Shown in pieces: positions 32,230-42,589 of a DNA stretch of 64,000 nucleotides; the stretch's first letter is position 1, and the number at the start of each line of letters is the position of its first letter. The notes beneath the pieces are model-generated. The model saw only the letters and a program-made list of their open reading frames with translations. It was not told the DNA's origin and made no database searches. The position numbers were made by a program, and so were the translations under genes. The stretch lies in assembly GCA_030867685.1 (NCBI GenBank), contig JAQOWU010000007.1, positions 2,232,001 through 2,296,000 on the forward strand, given 5' to 3'. The DNA is from Wickerhamiella versatilis. Its lineage: Eukaryota.

Positions 32230-33786
32230 ATGCGCGTGCGAAGCAGTATTTTGCTGGCTGCGTTCATCAGCGTTGCCCTTGTGTTTGTTTTCCTGTCAGG
32301 TAATCTGTCGAAGGTAAAGATGCCCTCGATATCTGCCAACTTCCCTAAAAACGGCGGAGGCCAATCAGTGTCGCAAGATCAAGCATCAGCTAGTACAGAT
32401 GTACATACGCATGCGTTTAACGGCACCGGACCACTCGACCCTTATGCGAATAAAGTCTTCTTGATGCTGAAGAGCGGTGCCACGGTCGTTCAGAATAGAC
32501 TACCTCCGCACATTCGGTCCACTTTGAAGCGTTGGCCAAATCACCAGGTTTATGCTGACGTTGAGACCCGTGTTGGTGGCCAGGATGTGATTGACATCAT
32601 CAAATGGCTTCCCGACAACGTACAGATACAACATAGAAAAGCTTTGCAGGACTATTTCACTCTTCGACGGAGCTTGGAAGAGGATTGGATATGGGAATTG
32701 GATTCCCTTGCACAGTATAAAGGCTGGGACCTTGATAGGTTCAAGAATGTGCCCATGCTTGCACATGCCTGGCTGAATGCTCCTGACGATATAGACTGGT
32801 TCTTTTTCATGGATATGGATACATATATGTTCCAACGTGGTTTATTGGACTATCTTAAAAGACATGATCCTTCTAAGCCTTATTATCTCGGCAGAGCTGC
32901 CGACTGGGAAACTATCGGCCGCGATAAGAACGGGGTAGAGCATTCAATTCCGTTCGCTCATGGAGGCTCCGGAGTAGCACTTAGTCGAGCCGCTATGGCC
33001 GCGTTGTTTGGGCCTGATCCCAAGAATGACAGGAGGAGGCTTGATGAGATTGTCGCTGAGAGTATGAATCATGGTGAAGGAAACTGTTGTGGAGATGCAG
33101 TTTTGTCAGTAATGCTGTTTGAAAAAGTAAATCAGCTGACTGTTTCGCTTGATTGGGGTAGATATCCGACTTATAGCATACCATTCCAAGGGTCTAATAT
33201 AAAGGATATCGCCGTGAGCCAAGAGGGATGGTGCCTTCCTTATTATGGCTGGCATCATCTGACACCTAGAGACGTTGATATACTTTTCGAGTACGAGGAG
33301 AGTTTGCCGAAGGACCATGTGAATGTTACCTTTGCTAATATCTATAAAGACTTCATATTGCCCTATGTCGTACCGGAGCGTGAATCATGGAATGCCATAT
33401 GGGGTCACACCCACGGTTATTGGGAGGATAAAAACTCAGTGAGATTCTATAGCAACGAGGGACACGAATACTATGGGAGTGAAGACCCTACAGTCTCAAA
33501 GGAGGCGTGTATTTTACAATGCGAGCGCGATCCACAATGTCTGCTGTGGGTATTTGAAGAGGGACATTGCCAATATGAAAAATCTGTAGTTTATCGTGGG
33601 GTTTCAGTGGACTCACACAAAAAAGACTATTCCCAAGATACTAACACTGGCTGGATGGTTGACCGGATTAGAAAGTTTCGAGCGGAATCTCCATGTGACA
33701 GCTTAAAACTACTTGATGATGGCACATATAATGACAATAATCAAACGTCGGAAGGCTGGTTTGTTCGATCGCTCAATGAGCTTTAG
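32230..33786 (+). CDS. Type II membrane glycosyltransferase, GT31/Fringe-like, with a C-terminal PAN/apple-like Cys module
   Basis: N-terminal TM, MLKSGAT, GWDLDRFK, WFFFMDMDTY (DXD), FAHGGSG, CCGD, C...C..DP.C..W....G.C. Confidence 0.8.
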   Translation: MRVRSSILLAAFISVALVFVFLSGNLSKVKMPSISANFPKNGGGQSVSQDQASASTDVHTHAFNGTGPLDPYANKVFLMLKSGATVVQNRLPPHIRSTLKRWPNHQVYADVETRVGGQDVIDIIKWLPDNVQIQHRKALQDYFTLRRSLEEDWIWELDSLAQYKGWDLDRFKNVPMLAHAWLNAPDDIDWFFFMDMDTYMFQRGLLDYLKRHDPSKPYYLGRAADWETIGRDKNGVEHSIPFAHGGSGVALSRAAMAALFGPDPKNDRRRLDEIVAESMNHGEGNCCGDAVLSVMLFEKVNQLTVSLDWGRYPTYSIPFQGSNIKDIAVSQEGWCLPYYGWHHLTPRDVDILFEYEESLPKDHVNVTFANIYKDFILPYVVPERESWNAIWGHTHGYWEDKNSVRFYSNEGHEYYGSEDPTVSKEACILQCERDPQCLLWVFEEGHCQYEKSVVYRGVSVDSHKKDYSQDTNTGWMVDRIRKFRAESPCDSLKLLDDGTYNDNNQTSEGWFVRSLNEL

Positions 33787-34087
33787 ACTGCTATGAAGCC
33801 TCTAGTCGGCTGCTGAAATGCCATAATCTAAGTCACTTTTGATATCTGATTGATTGATTTTTTTTCCTCACACGGAGCAACTTAAGTTTTATCTATTGAC
33901 TCTAACGCCCATCAGCTTTTGTTACTTCAGTTTCGTTTCCCTCGGAACGGTATTTAAATATCATAGATGTTAGGCTAAAAACAGAGTTGTATAACCCGTG
34001 ACGTGGTCTGTATAAGAAATGCGTGTTATTTGATCGACGTACCAAGGTTTAGGCTAACTATATGTATTTATTTGAAAGCCTCTAGAT

Positions 34088-34714
34088 CTACAGATTTTTT
34101 TTCCTGGCCTCTTCACGCGCAAAATCTCGCTCAGCATAGATGCGAGCTGTGAATGGCTCCTCTAACTTCAGAGCGATGTAATACATGACCCAGACAAAAC
34201 AACTCAACAGAATGCCCATTACCTTACCAAAATATAGTGCAGTGCCAAGAAAACTAAGAAAAGATCCAACGTACATGGGGTTGTCGCAGACATTGAATGG
34301 GAATGATGTTAATTTTTCGTTCTTTAAAATGCCAAAGTAGTCACCCATGTATGTTCCAGTAATCCCAAGGGCTAGCATAGAGCTAAGCACAAGGATATTT
34401 CCCGTGGCAAATAGACCAATACCTGCAGCTTTGACTCCTGCCGACGCTAACAGAGGCGCTTCAGGCTGGCTCGAAAGTGCACGCTCATAGAGCCAATCAC
34501 GTAGGATACCCAGGCTGAATATACTAATTGCGAGAAGATAGCATCCTCGAAACTTGCTCCCAGTCAAGCGAGTCAGGGGCTTGTAACGAAACTCCAGTTG
34601 TGCAACAGCATTCCACAGCAGTGGATTGAACGCAATCATTTGTGCCGACTTCACAACTTTTGTTTCGAATTCATAGGGCACTTGGGTTTCAATAAAGGTC
34701 ATCAGTGAATCCAT
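34088..34714 (-). CDS. OPI3: Phosphatidyl-N-methylethanolamine N-methyltransferase
   Basis: IAFNPL.WN..A, LGITGTYMGDYFGIL, FPFNV.DNPMY.GS, EEPFTA.IYA. Confidence 0.95.
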   Translation of the reverse strand: MDSLMTFIETQVPYEFETKVVKSAQMIAFNPLLWNAVAQLEFRYKPLTRLTGSKFRGCYLLAISIFSLGILRDWLYERALSSQPEAPLLASAGVKAAGIGLFATGNILVLSSMLALGITGTYMGDYFGILKNEKLTSFPFNVCDNPMYVGSFLSFLGTALYFGKVMGILLSCFVWVMYYIALKLEEPFTARIYAERDFAREEARKKNL

Positions 34715-36434
34715 TGTCTTGTTTTACGTCTCGCACCCGTAAATAACAACTTGGGAAGGAAGAGTGACGATTTCCGAGAGTGGTGCTTCCTTCTATATAA
34801 GTTAATTTCCCCCAACAATACCTGCTCGCGTGGTTCACATGTATCTACCCTAGCCTTTAGCTTGATTGTCGAGACAATTCGACGTTGTCAACGTTGTGTT
34901 CGAATGTTTGTAGCTTCGCGGGGTAAGGACATTACCGAGTATACAAACCAATTCCCGTGCAGCAAGCGACGAAAAATTTCAATTTTCACTACAAAACTAA
35001 AATTTAAAAAGCAGTAACAGCGACACATGCTTCCTACCCTAAGCCTTGGTTACAATCACATGCTTCTACCCTTGCCTATTCAGGTACGCCCAGTCCAAGC
35101 ACTTTAGTAACACAAACTGGCCACACCAGCGCCCACTGAACGCCCATTTTCTGTAATGTGAGCTATTTTAGGAATATGTGGTGTCATTATATGGTTATAG
35201 ATAATATAAGGCCTATTTGTTTACGGCTATTCATGCTACTCTTCATCGTTGGTTAAGCAAAGTCAAACACAATATAAACACAACTGCTCATAGGGTGCTC
35301 CGAGCGATCATGTAATGTATGCTGTCTTGTCTGAGCTCTCTTAATAACCAGTGTTTTCTTTTCACACTAGTATTTTATGCCTATGCCACCCAATTAGTCG
35401 TTTAGCGTGATAACCTCTCTGGTGAAATTTCAATTAGATGACAGTATTGTGTTTCATGCTAGCCCAAAGGAATGGTAAGAACTAGAATTTTATGTCAAGT
35501 ATGCTCTATAAGTCATGCCATGCCACGCCGTGCCACGAAACAATTCGATATTTTACGTGTTATGAGGGGAGCTTTCACCTCGTAATCTCGGAAAAAGACA
35601 AATGAAATCAAATTCTATGGAAGACGCGATAATCCCCCTTTTTTCAGAGCCCCTCCTCCGAAGGTTCCTCTAACCCCTTTCTAATGTCTCCTCCGGGACA
35701 GTTATTAAGAGTTGCCTGGGTAACTCAGAGAAAAGGGTTTAGACGCCACAATCAGCCTCGGCAGGGTGGAAAGGGAATCTGAAACGGCTTAGAATGTGCT
35801 TGATTCAGAAATAAGACGTCTATAATCTGCTAATTGACCAAAACATTTTAAATATAAAGGTAGAGCAGTTAATTGTTTTGAATACTATAACTATTCTCAA
35901 GGAAAACAAAATATAACCATCGACAATTATAATTATCACTCCACAGCATCGGCTCCTTCACCTTTGCCGACAATACCCTAACCATGGGCGCGCCGTGGTT
36001 CAAAGAGGGTTGTGGTTAGGATGGTACCACGGTCACAACACAGGGGAGGAGGGATTAGTTACTTTCCGGTCCCCCCAAAATAGTTGAAGGATGAATTAAT
36101 CATTTCTCATTGTGGTAGTAATGCACTGGGCTTGGGCACATTTTTTTGAAACTAAACTAACAGAATTTTTAGCATAATTCTTCACTTGCAGAACTTCACG
36201 GGTGTGAAAAATGACATAAGCGCTTACAGTATTTCCCAAAACGTACACCAAGCACAGGGGAGGGGTACGCCTAGTCGCGTCGGTAAGCAAGGGACAAACG
36301 CGCTGACGCGCTTATACTTAGTCACTATATTGGTTTTCGCGTTAACCTTAACCCGGGGTCAAAGTATATTTATATGGTTACTGTACCCACCACATGCCTC
36401 ACATACCTCACATACCTCACCAACTAACAAGGAT

Positions 36435-37004
36435 ATGAAGTTCACCTCGGTTTTTGCGTCTTCTCTTCTGCTTGGATCTGCTGCTGCGCAGACGTCCACC
36501 GGTTCTGTGAGCATTGCCTCGGATGGCATCGAGCCAACCTGGAGTACCTTGACCCCCAACGGCTCAATTCCTACCGCCGCTACTACCGACTTCAGCGGTA
36601 CTTTGGGATTGTCCATTAAGATGCTTGGCAATGCTTCGAGCTTCACCTCCACTGGTACTGCTGCCGTCACCTCGACCGCCAAGCCCACTCAGACATCGTT
36701 GCCAAAGTCTTGCAAGGGCGCTGGCTTCCTGAACATGACCCTGTCAGACTCTCTGCTGAGGGACTCCCATGGCCGTGCTGGTGCCATTGTCGCCAACAAG
36801 CAGTTCCAGTTCGACGGTCCCCCACCCCAGTCGGGCACTATCTACGCAGCTGGCTGGTCCATCTACAACGGTGCTCTCGCCCTGGGTAACCAGACCACAT
36901 TCTACGAGTGCAAGTCTGGTGACTTCTTCAACCTGTACTCTGAGTTGATCGGTGACCAGTGCTACGCCGTTGAGTTCTCCCTCTTGGAGTTTGTTGATTG
37001 CTAA
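36435..37004 (+). CDS. Pir-like secreted cell wall protein without an internal repeat
   Basis: MKF signal peptide at ATG 36435, WSTLTP, four-Cys domain [19 protein letters not shown]...VDC; paralog of 24502..25257. Confidence 0.88.
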   Translation: MKFTSVFASSLLLGSAAAQTSTGSVSIASDGIEPTWSTLTPNGSIPTAATTDFSGTLGLSIKMLGNASSFTSTGTAAVTSTAKPTQTSLPKSCKGAGFLNMTLSDSLLRDSHGRAGAIVANKQFQFDGPPPQSGTIYAAGWSIYNGALALGNQTTFYECKSGDFFNLYSELIGDQCYAVEFSLLEFVDC

Positions 37005-37630
37005 ATCAATACTTCCCACTACGCATCATGTTCGCCAAACTTATGGCATCTGAACGAAGAAAGAAGAAGTTAATTTTTTTCCTCTATTGTTTTATAAAAG
37101 CCGAGGCTTCTTATTGTATCCTAGTAATTATATAGAGTAATTTTTGCTCTTCTTGAGATTTAAGTGGCTTTGATGATTAGTGATCGGGCTTTATCTCGGC
37201 TGAAAAGAAACCCCATTCAAGGCCAAGTTCTGACTGCGATGCAATGTTCAAGAGAAACGAAATCGTTGGATAGCACATTAGAGTTAAGGGGCACCATTCG
37301 ATCCAAATTTCTTAATATTTATCCGAGCATGTGTGTGACGATCAGGGTATTAGTAATTAACGTGACCCAAACCACATCTAGCCTAAAAATTAACTTCATC
37401 TGGCACTAAACAGCAGCATCAGCAGCATCAGCACGGCAAGCACTTGATTCATGCTCAAATCATCAATATTTCACTGTTACATGCACTTATGAGGGCATGA
37501 ACAATACTGCCAAATCTGGACCGGACCGGAGCATCAATTTCGAGTGAGAGATTTCCCCTCATTTTTAGTAATTGGTGAGAAAAAGAATAAATTTTGGGGA
37601 GAGCGCCAATCGTCAATTTAAATTGGTAAA

Positions 37631-38446
37631 ATGAGTGACGATATCGAATCCCAGAAGGCGAATTCTTTTTATTCTCCACATGAAGAGGAACCCGTCCAGA
37701 CAGTGAAAACTTCGGGTAATGACGACGAATACTTGCACATCGGGGACACCAAAATCCGGCGAACAGACCTGATGCTGGCATTTGGTGGTGAAATGCGGCC
37801 CGGTGTCTATACACCACCTTCACGAAAGTTTGCCAACCCCACGCCCATGGGATTGATGGCTTTCGGTATCACCACCTTCGTCCTCAGTCTTTGCAATGCA
37901 CATGCACGCCATGTCGCCACGCCAAACATAGCCGTTGGGCTTGCCTATGCCTTTGGGGGACTTGTACAGCTGCTTGCTGGGATGTGGGAAATGGCTGTAG
38001 AGAATACGTTCGGTGCAACGTCTTTGTCAAGTTTCGGCGGGTTCTGGCTGAGCTTTGCAATCATTCAGACAGGCGGGTTTGGAATCACTGCAGCATATGA
38101 AGATGAGGCTGAACTAAATAGCGCGCTGGGCTTCTACATGATGGGCTGGTTTATGTTCACTTTTATGCTTATGCTTTGTACCGTTCGATCCACAGTTGCC
38201 TTTTTTGGGCTCTTCTTCACTTTAACTTTGACATTCTTGCTTTTAGGATGTTTCTATTTCACCGGGAAAGTCGGAGTCCAAAAGGCCGCTGGATGGTTAG
38301 GGATCGTAACCTCATTTTTTTCGTTCTATAATGCGATGGCAGGTCTGGCTAACTATGAGAACAGTTACATCGACATGACGAGGATTATGGTGCCTATGCC
38401 TGGTGCACAGCATCTTCGTCAGTTGAAGAAGATGCGTTCCGATTAA
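37631..38446 (+). CDS. GPR1/FUN34/SatP family acetate/ammonium transporter (Ady2/Ato-like)
   Basis: AFGGEMRPG and FANPTPMGL (NPAPLGL-type) motifs, six TMs. Confidence 0.93.
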   Translation: MSDDIESQKANSFYSPHEEEPVQTVKTSGNDDEYLHIGDTKIRRTDLMLAFGGEMRPGVYTPPSRKFANPTPMGLMAFGITTFVLSLCNAHARHVATPNIAVGLAYAFGGLVQLLAGMWEMAVENTFGATSLSSFGGFWLSFAIIQTGGFGITAAYEDEAELNSALGFYMMGWFMFTFMLMLCTVRSTVAFFGLFFTLTLTFLLLGCFYFTGKVGVQKAAGWLGIVTSFFSFYNAMAGLANYENSYIDMTRIMVPMPGAQHLRQLKKMRSD

Positions 38447-39202
38447 ATCTAACTGGAAAACAACTCCTTATTACGACTACATTATAATTGTTGTTTGATA
38501 GAAAAGAAAATCATTCTAAAGTTCATACAATGTTTGAAGCGAGATAATAGTATAAGGTGCTGCTGTTCTTAGCTAAGGGGTAATTAATTACAACAGCCAA
38601 GCTTGGGGGTAGTGTTGGTACCACGCAGATTTAGCTAACGATATTTTTAACATGGGTAGTATATGAGAATGTCCGGGCCGCATCTTAATTTACGTGCAGA
38701 ACCAGGGATTATTGGAGGAGTCAATGTAGATTACTTCATGGCTGGTGCTGTCGTCGAGGAGATCACAAATGTAAGCAGGAAAGGTCGCAAATGCGAGATC
38801 TCAGAGAGTACAGTGCATTCAAGCGAAATTATACAAACAGCTGCTGAGTACTAGGCATATCTCAGACATTCAGCCAACATATTTGGTCTCAACCCCCCTT
38901 GCATGTCCTCCTAGGAATAGAAGGTGTCGTATGCAAAGGTGTCAAGGAGAAAAGACTTCAGGCGAAAAAACGAAATCACCAGTGGGCGAACAGTACAACC
39001 ACGGGTGACCTCTATTGTTACACGCAGTAAATCTTCATCGGTTCATTTTAGCACACCGTGACATGAAGTTTATGACAGACCAAGCTCTAATTGCATCGCG
39101 AAAAAAAACCTTTAATCAATTGAATATTCGAATCTGATAGTGAGATCCTCATGTTTTTTACCATATGCTTATATATCCAATCGCATTTCGAATATCATCT
39201 TT

Positions 39203-40396
39203 TCATTTTGTGGGTGAATTACATGTCCCAGATGTGAACGATGACTCTGCGCTATGATGAGGTAAGGTTATTTCTTCAAGTTCCATCTCACTTGGTTCCG
39301 TCTCAAGCAATCGCTTTTTACTGCGTTCGACTAGATCTTGCACATAACCTGTTATCCGCATCTCGTAGTCACGCATAAGCCATTGTCTCGCTAACTCCAA
39401 TAGCGAGCAAACGCTGTAAACCATTATAAGGGAAAATATGCAGTAAAGCGGAAGAGATGGCTTATTCTGATATTCATGTGACCTTATTATTTCATGCCAT
39501 AGTTTCTCTCTCCAAATGTCATTATCGTGGATAAAGTACACACCCAAGGTACAATTAGCCAGCACGTTAATCAAATTGGACTGCACATTTATTCGCGAAA
39601 ACAAAAGGAACACCAATACAGCCAAGATAAGGGCACATGGGCTATTCATATCAGAGGCGACGGCAGTGGCTCCTCCCCGATCTCGCGCCCACTGAATCTC
39701 GGGGTGTACTGCGAAGTATAAAATGCTACTAATACTGATAGTTGCAACAGCCACAAGAGCGAAAAGTATCGTTGACGTTTTAATACGGGCCAGCCGACTA
39801 TTAAAGCGCCTGATTGAAGCCCCAAGCAATGTCATATAGATGAACCAAAAAACATGACTGAAAGCGTATTCATTCCACGACAACACAGACATGACAAGAA
39901 ATTGCGTGGTCAAAATGGTTAAGAGATCGAATTCTGACGTTTGTACCGATACAATGGCAGTGCCACTCGATATTAACATAGCTGCGATGTAGCTCGATAC
40001 AAACCAGTACGAATACGTCGCGATGGGGAAGAGTCCTCGAAAGAAACTCCATTCAGATAGATCACGGTTACTGTAATAAGCCAAAAAGAACAGGGTATAC
40101 GACCACACAATGGCCTGGATCCAAGTGCGCATCAACGATCCAAGCTTTACGCCTTTACCGTTCAAAAAGTATCCTGAAAGAAGTAGGAATATATTCACAC
40201 TAACCTTCCCCCCAAGAAACAGCACATTAAAGAAATTCTTGTTAAATATATGCGTCGGTATTTCATTCTCGTCCTCTTCAAAGTTGTGAATTGAGTGCAC
40301 TTGCAAATGATGGGCTACAATTAGAAACATTGCCACAATCCTCAGCAGCTCGAAGTTCGACTGCCGTCCCGAGGCACCCTTCTGTTTCTCCGCCAT
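39203..40396 (-). CDS. Membrane-bound acyltransferase-3 (OafA-like TM domain), bacterial-like
   Basis: RQSNFELLRIVAMFLIVAHH, V.IF.L.SGYF, YWFV..Y, TLGVYFIH; about 10 TMs. Confidence 0.85.
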   Translation of the reverse strand: MAEKQKGASGRQSNFELLRIVAMFLIVAHHLQVHSIHNFEEDENEIPTHIFNKNFFNVLFLGGKVSVNIFLLLSGYFLNGKGVKLGSLMRTWIQAIVWSYTLFFLAYYSNRDLSEWSFFRGLFPIATYSYWFVSSYIAAMLISSGTAIVSVQTSEFDLLTILTTQFLVMSVLSWNEYAFSHVFWFIYMTLLGASIRRFNSRLARIKTSTILFALVAVATISISSILYFAVHPEIQWARDRGGATAVASDMNSPCALILAVLVFLLFSRINVQSNLINVLANCTLGVYFIHDNDIWREKLWHEIIRSHEYQNKPSLPLYCIFSLIMVYSVCSLLELARQWLMRDYEMRITGYVQDLVERSKKRLLETEPSEMELEEITLPHHSAESSFTSGTCNSPTK

Positions 40397-40969
40397 GTTT
40401 CACGCAAAGAAATAAGTTTGGCAGTACACTGTACACAACGCGAACTGTTCGGATGCGTCCCGTGATGAATAATCAAAACTGTTAGCGCAGAAGGGTTGAG
40501 AAATTCAGCAGGCTCAGCCAACTTAGGTAACCTAACGGGGGGCCATGTTAAACAAGCTGCCTGTAATAAGTAAGAAGTTATAGATAATAGTAAATTACAG
40601 CTGCTTTTTCACTGAATGAAATTCTGTTTCTATTTTAGGTTCTGATGTGCTTGTTTCAGTTCACGTCGCATAGTTATAGGAATATTCATAAGAGTGTTAA
40701 ATCAAACAGCTAAATGCATAGAAATCTTATGGACGTGCTTATCAACTTGCTTTTCCTCCCAGAGACACACTCTTGCTATATATCGAAGTCTCGTAGTATG
40801 ATTCACGGTCACCAACTTCCAGGAAAATAAATTGTATCTGGCGACAAATTGGAACATGCATCACAAAATAATCCCCAAATTCATAACAAAATCTATATCT
40901 TAACGTTTAACCATTGTGCCACGTGCCCACAAAGACCTCCGACATTAGTTTCTGAGTAATGAAACAATC

Positions 40970-41557
40970 ATGAGACTCGCGGTCTTTTGTGGGTCTTCTC
41001 CGGGAAATAATGCCGATTATCGGGAGAAAGCGTATAAATTTGGGCAATTTATCGCCAGTAGAGGAATAGATATGGTCTACGGTGGCGGAAATTTAGGTTT
41101 AATGGGGGCTTGTGCTGATGGCTGTCTTGCCGGTGGAGGCAAAGTCATTGGCATCATGCCGCAGGATTTATTTGACAAGGAGGTCGGGCACAAGGGCGTT
41201 ACTGAGCTTATCGTTGTTCCAAGTATGCATGTTCGCAAGGAACGGATGGCGGATCTTGCCGATGGTTTCGTAGCTTTACCTGGGGGACCTGGAACACTGG
41301 AGGAGATATTTGAGCAATGGACTTGGGCACAATTAGGTATCCACAGAAAGCCCTGTTCATTTCTAAATGTTCGTGGCTACTTTAACCCTGTCCTAAACAT
41401 GGCTGACTCAATGGTAGAAGCTGGTTTCATGAAAGCAGATCATCGCGACATGTTGATATTTACGGAAGACATGGCTGATTTGGTTGATAGATTGAAAAAT
41501 TATAAGCCGGTTTTGGACAAATGGGGTCGTAAAGGGGATAATAATATCAAACCGTGA
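40970..41557 (+). CDS. LOG-family (TIGR00730-type) nucleotide/cytokinin riboside 5'-monophosphate phosphoribohydrolase, bacterial-like
   Basis: VFCGSS.G, VYGGG..GLMG, MHVRK, PGGPGTLEE, TWAQLGIH.KP; 195 aa. Confidence 0.93.
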   Translation: MRLAVFCGSSPGNNADYREKAYKFGQFIASRGIDMVYGGGNLGLMGACADGCLAGGGKVIGIMPQDLFDKEVGHKGVTELIVVPSMHVRKERMADLADGFVALPGGPGTLEEIFEQWTWAQLGIHRKPCSFLNVRGYFNPVLNMADSMVEAGFMKADHRDMLIFTEDMADLVDRLKNYKPVLDKWGRKGDNNIKP

Positions 41558-41867
41558 GTTGAATTGAAGACCTTCTTTTGTTCTTTTTTGATTAGCTTTT
41601 GTTGTGGGAATCGCTTTATAAGGTCCTATAGGGACATTGGAAGCTTCGAGTTTTCTGAGTCTTCCGTGAGAAACACCAATAGAAAAGCTAATTCTTCAGA
41701 CGTAGTAATCTATGATCTAGCCAAAACATTGACGATGAAACAAGGGATGGGATTACTGGCTGGTTGTAAGCCGCTCTAATGATGTTTTACTTGTAGTACT
41801 CCTTGTAAACTAGTCATCGAACAGACATCACAGGTTGCTCTCGAAAGTACTGACTGTTGTATTTCAC

Positions 41868-42402
41868 TCAACTTACTCTTCTGGGCTCCAAATTGCTTGG
41901 TTTAAGCCATTTATCTATTTTTCGTGACAATAAATGCCACACCTCGTTGAAAGATTACTTCGAACTTGAATCCGAGACGAGTGACGCAATTACAAGAAGG
42001 TTGATCAAAATCGTCGCATTCACAGCGTTTATAACCGAGCTCGTTGAATAAGTATCGCATCAGTAAGTACAGCGTCTCGGTAAAATGTACAGAACGCTGA
42101 AGAAGAGTGGTGGGCATCACCCACCCTATTTCAATAACTCCATTTGAACGGTCATCTCTTATCGACGCTATAGAACCCATAGCCTTATTAGTGGACGAAT
42201 CAATGACAAAGTAATGAGGAGGATCGATAGAACTACACTTTTTTCTACCGAGCTTTATGAATCTTCACTAGCGGAAGGCCCCACCAAATGGTGCATCCGT
42301 ATGCTTGAATTTGCTTGTCATATAGCATTGGATGGCCTGGGAAAGGGCTTTATAGAATAGTTTCGAGCATGAAGGTCGCTTGGAAGGTGACCAGTCAAAA
42401 TC
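41868..42402 (-). pseudogene. Decayed RimJ/RimL-type GNAT acetyltransferase (YdaF/YIR042C-like)
   Basis: Fragments in different frames: DWSPSKRP; LVGPSASEDS* (TAA 42257-42255); DPPHYFVID...NGVIEIG...YLLMRYLFNELGYKRCE-CD...RLGFKFEVIF; then, frameshifted, NEVWHLLSRKIDKWLKPSNL. Confidence 0.8.
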
Positions 42403-42556
42403 TTATCCTCTCTGACGCACATATTCCTTAGCTGGAATCTCAGCATAAGATAAATAATCAATCCTATCAGTCTTTTACGAGTCAATCAAGTCGTCAAACA
42501 TACAGTCAACGGTGTATCTTTATTATATCAGATTCGTGAGTGAGCTTGGGTATAAA

Positions 42557-42580
42557 TATATATATATATATATATATATA
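42557..42580. repeat. (TA)12 microsatellite at the 3' end of the transcription factor gene
   Basis: Read directly from the sequence. Confidence 0.9.
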
Positions 42581-42589
42581 ATTTACAAA

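Noticed and set aside
36186-36434. N-terminal extension or 5' intron of the Pir paralog (ACTAAC..AAG before the ATG)
   Set aside because: The ORF-track start is TTG, a TATA-like element lies at ~36365, the signal peptide begins at ATG 36435, and there is no good donor after the TATA
38663-38854. 63-aa ATG ORF between the ADY2-like and acyltransferase genes
   Set aside because: Short, with no recognisable motif; cannot be supported
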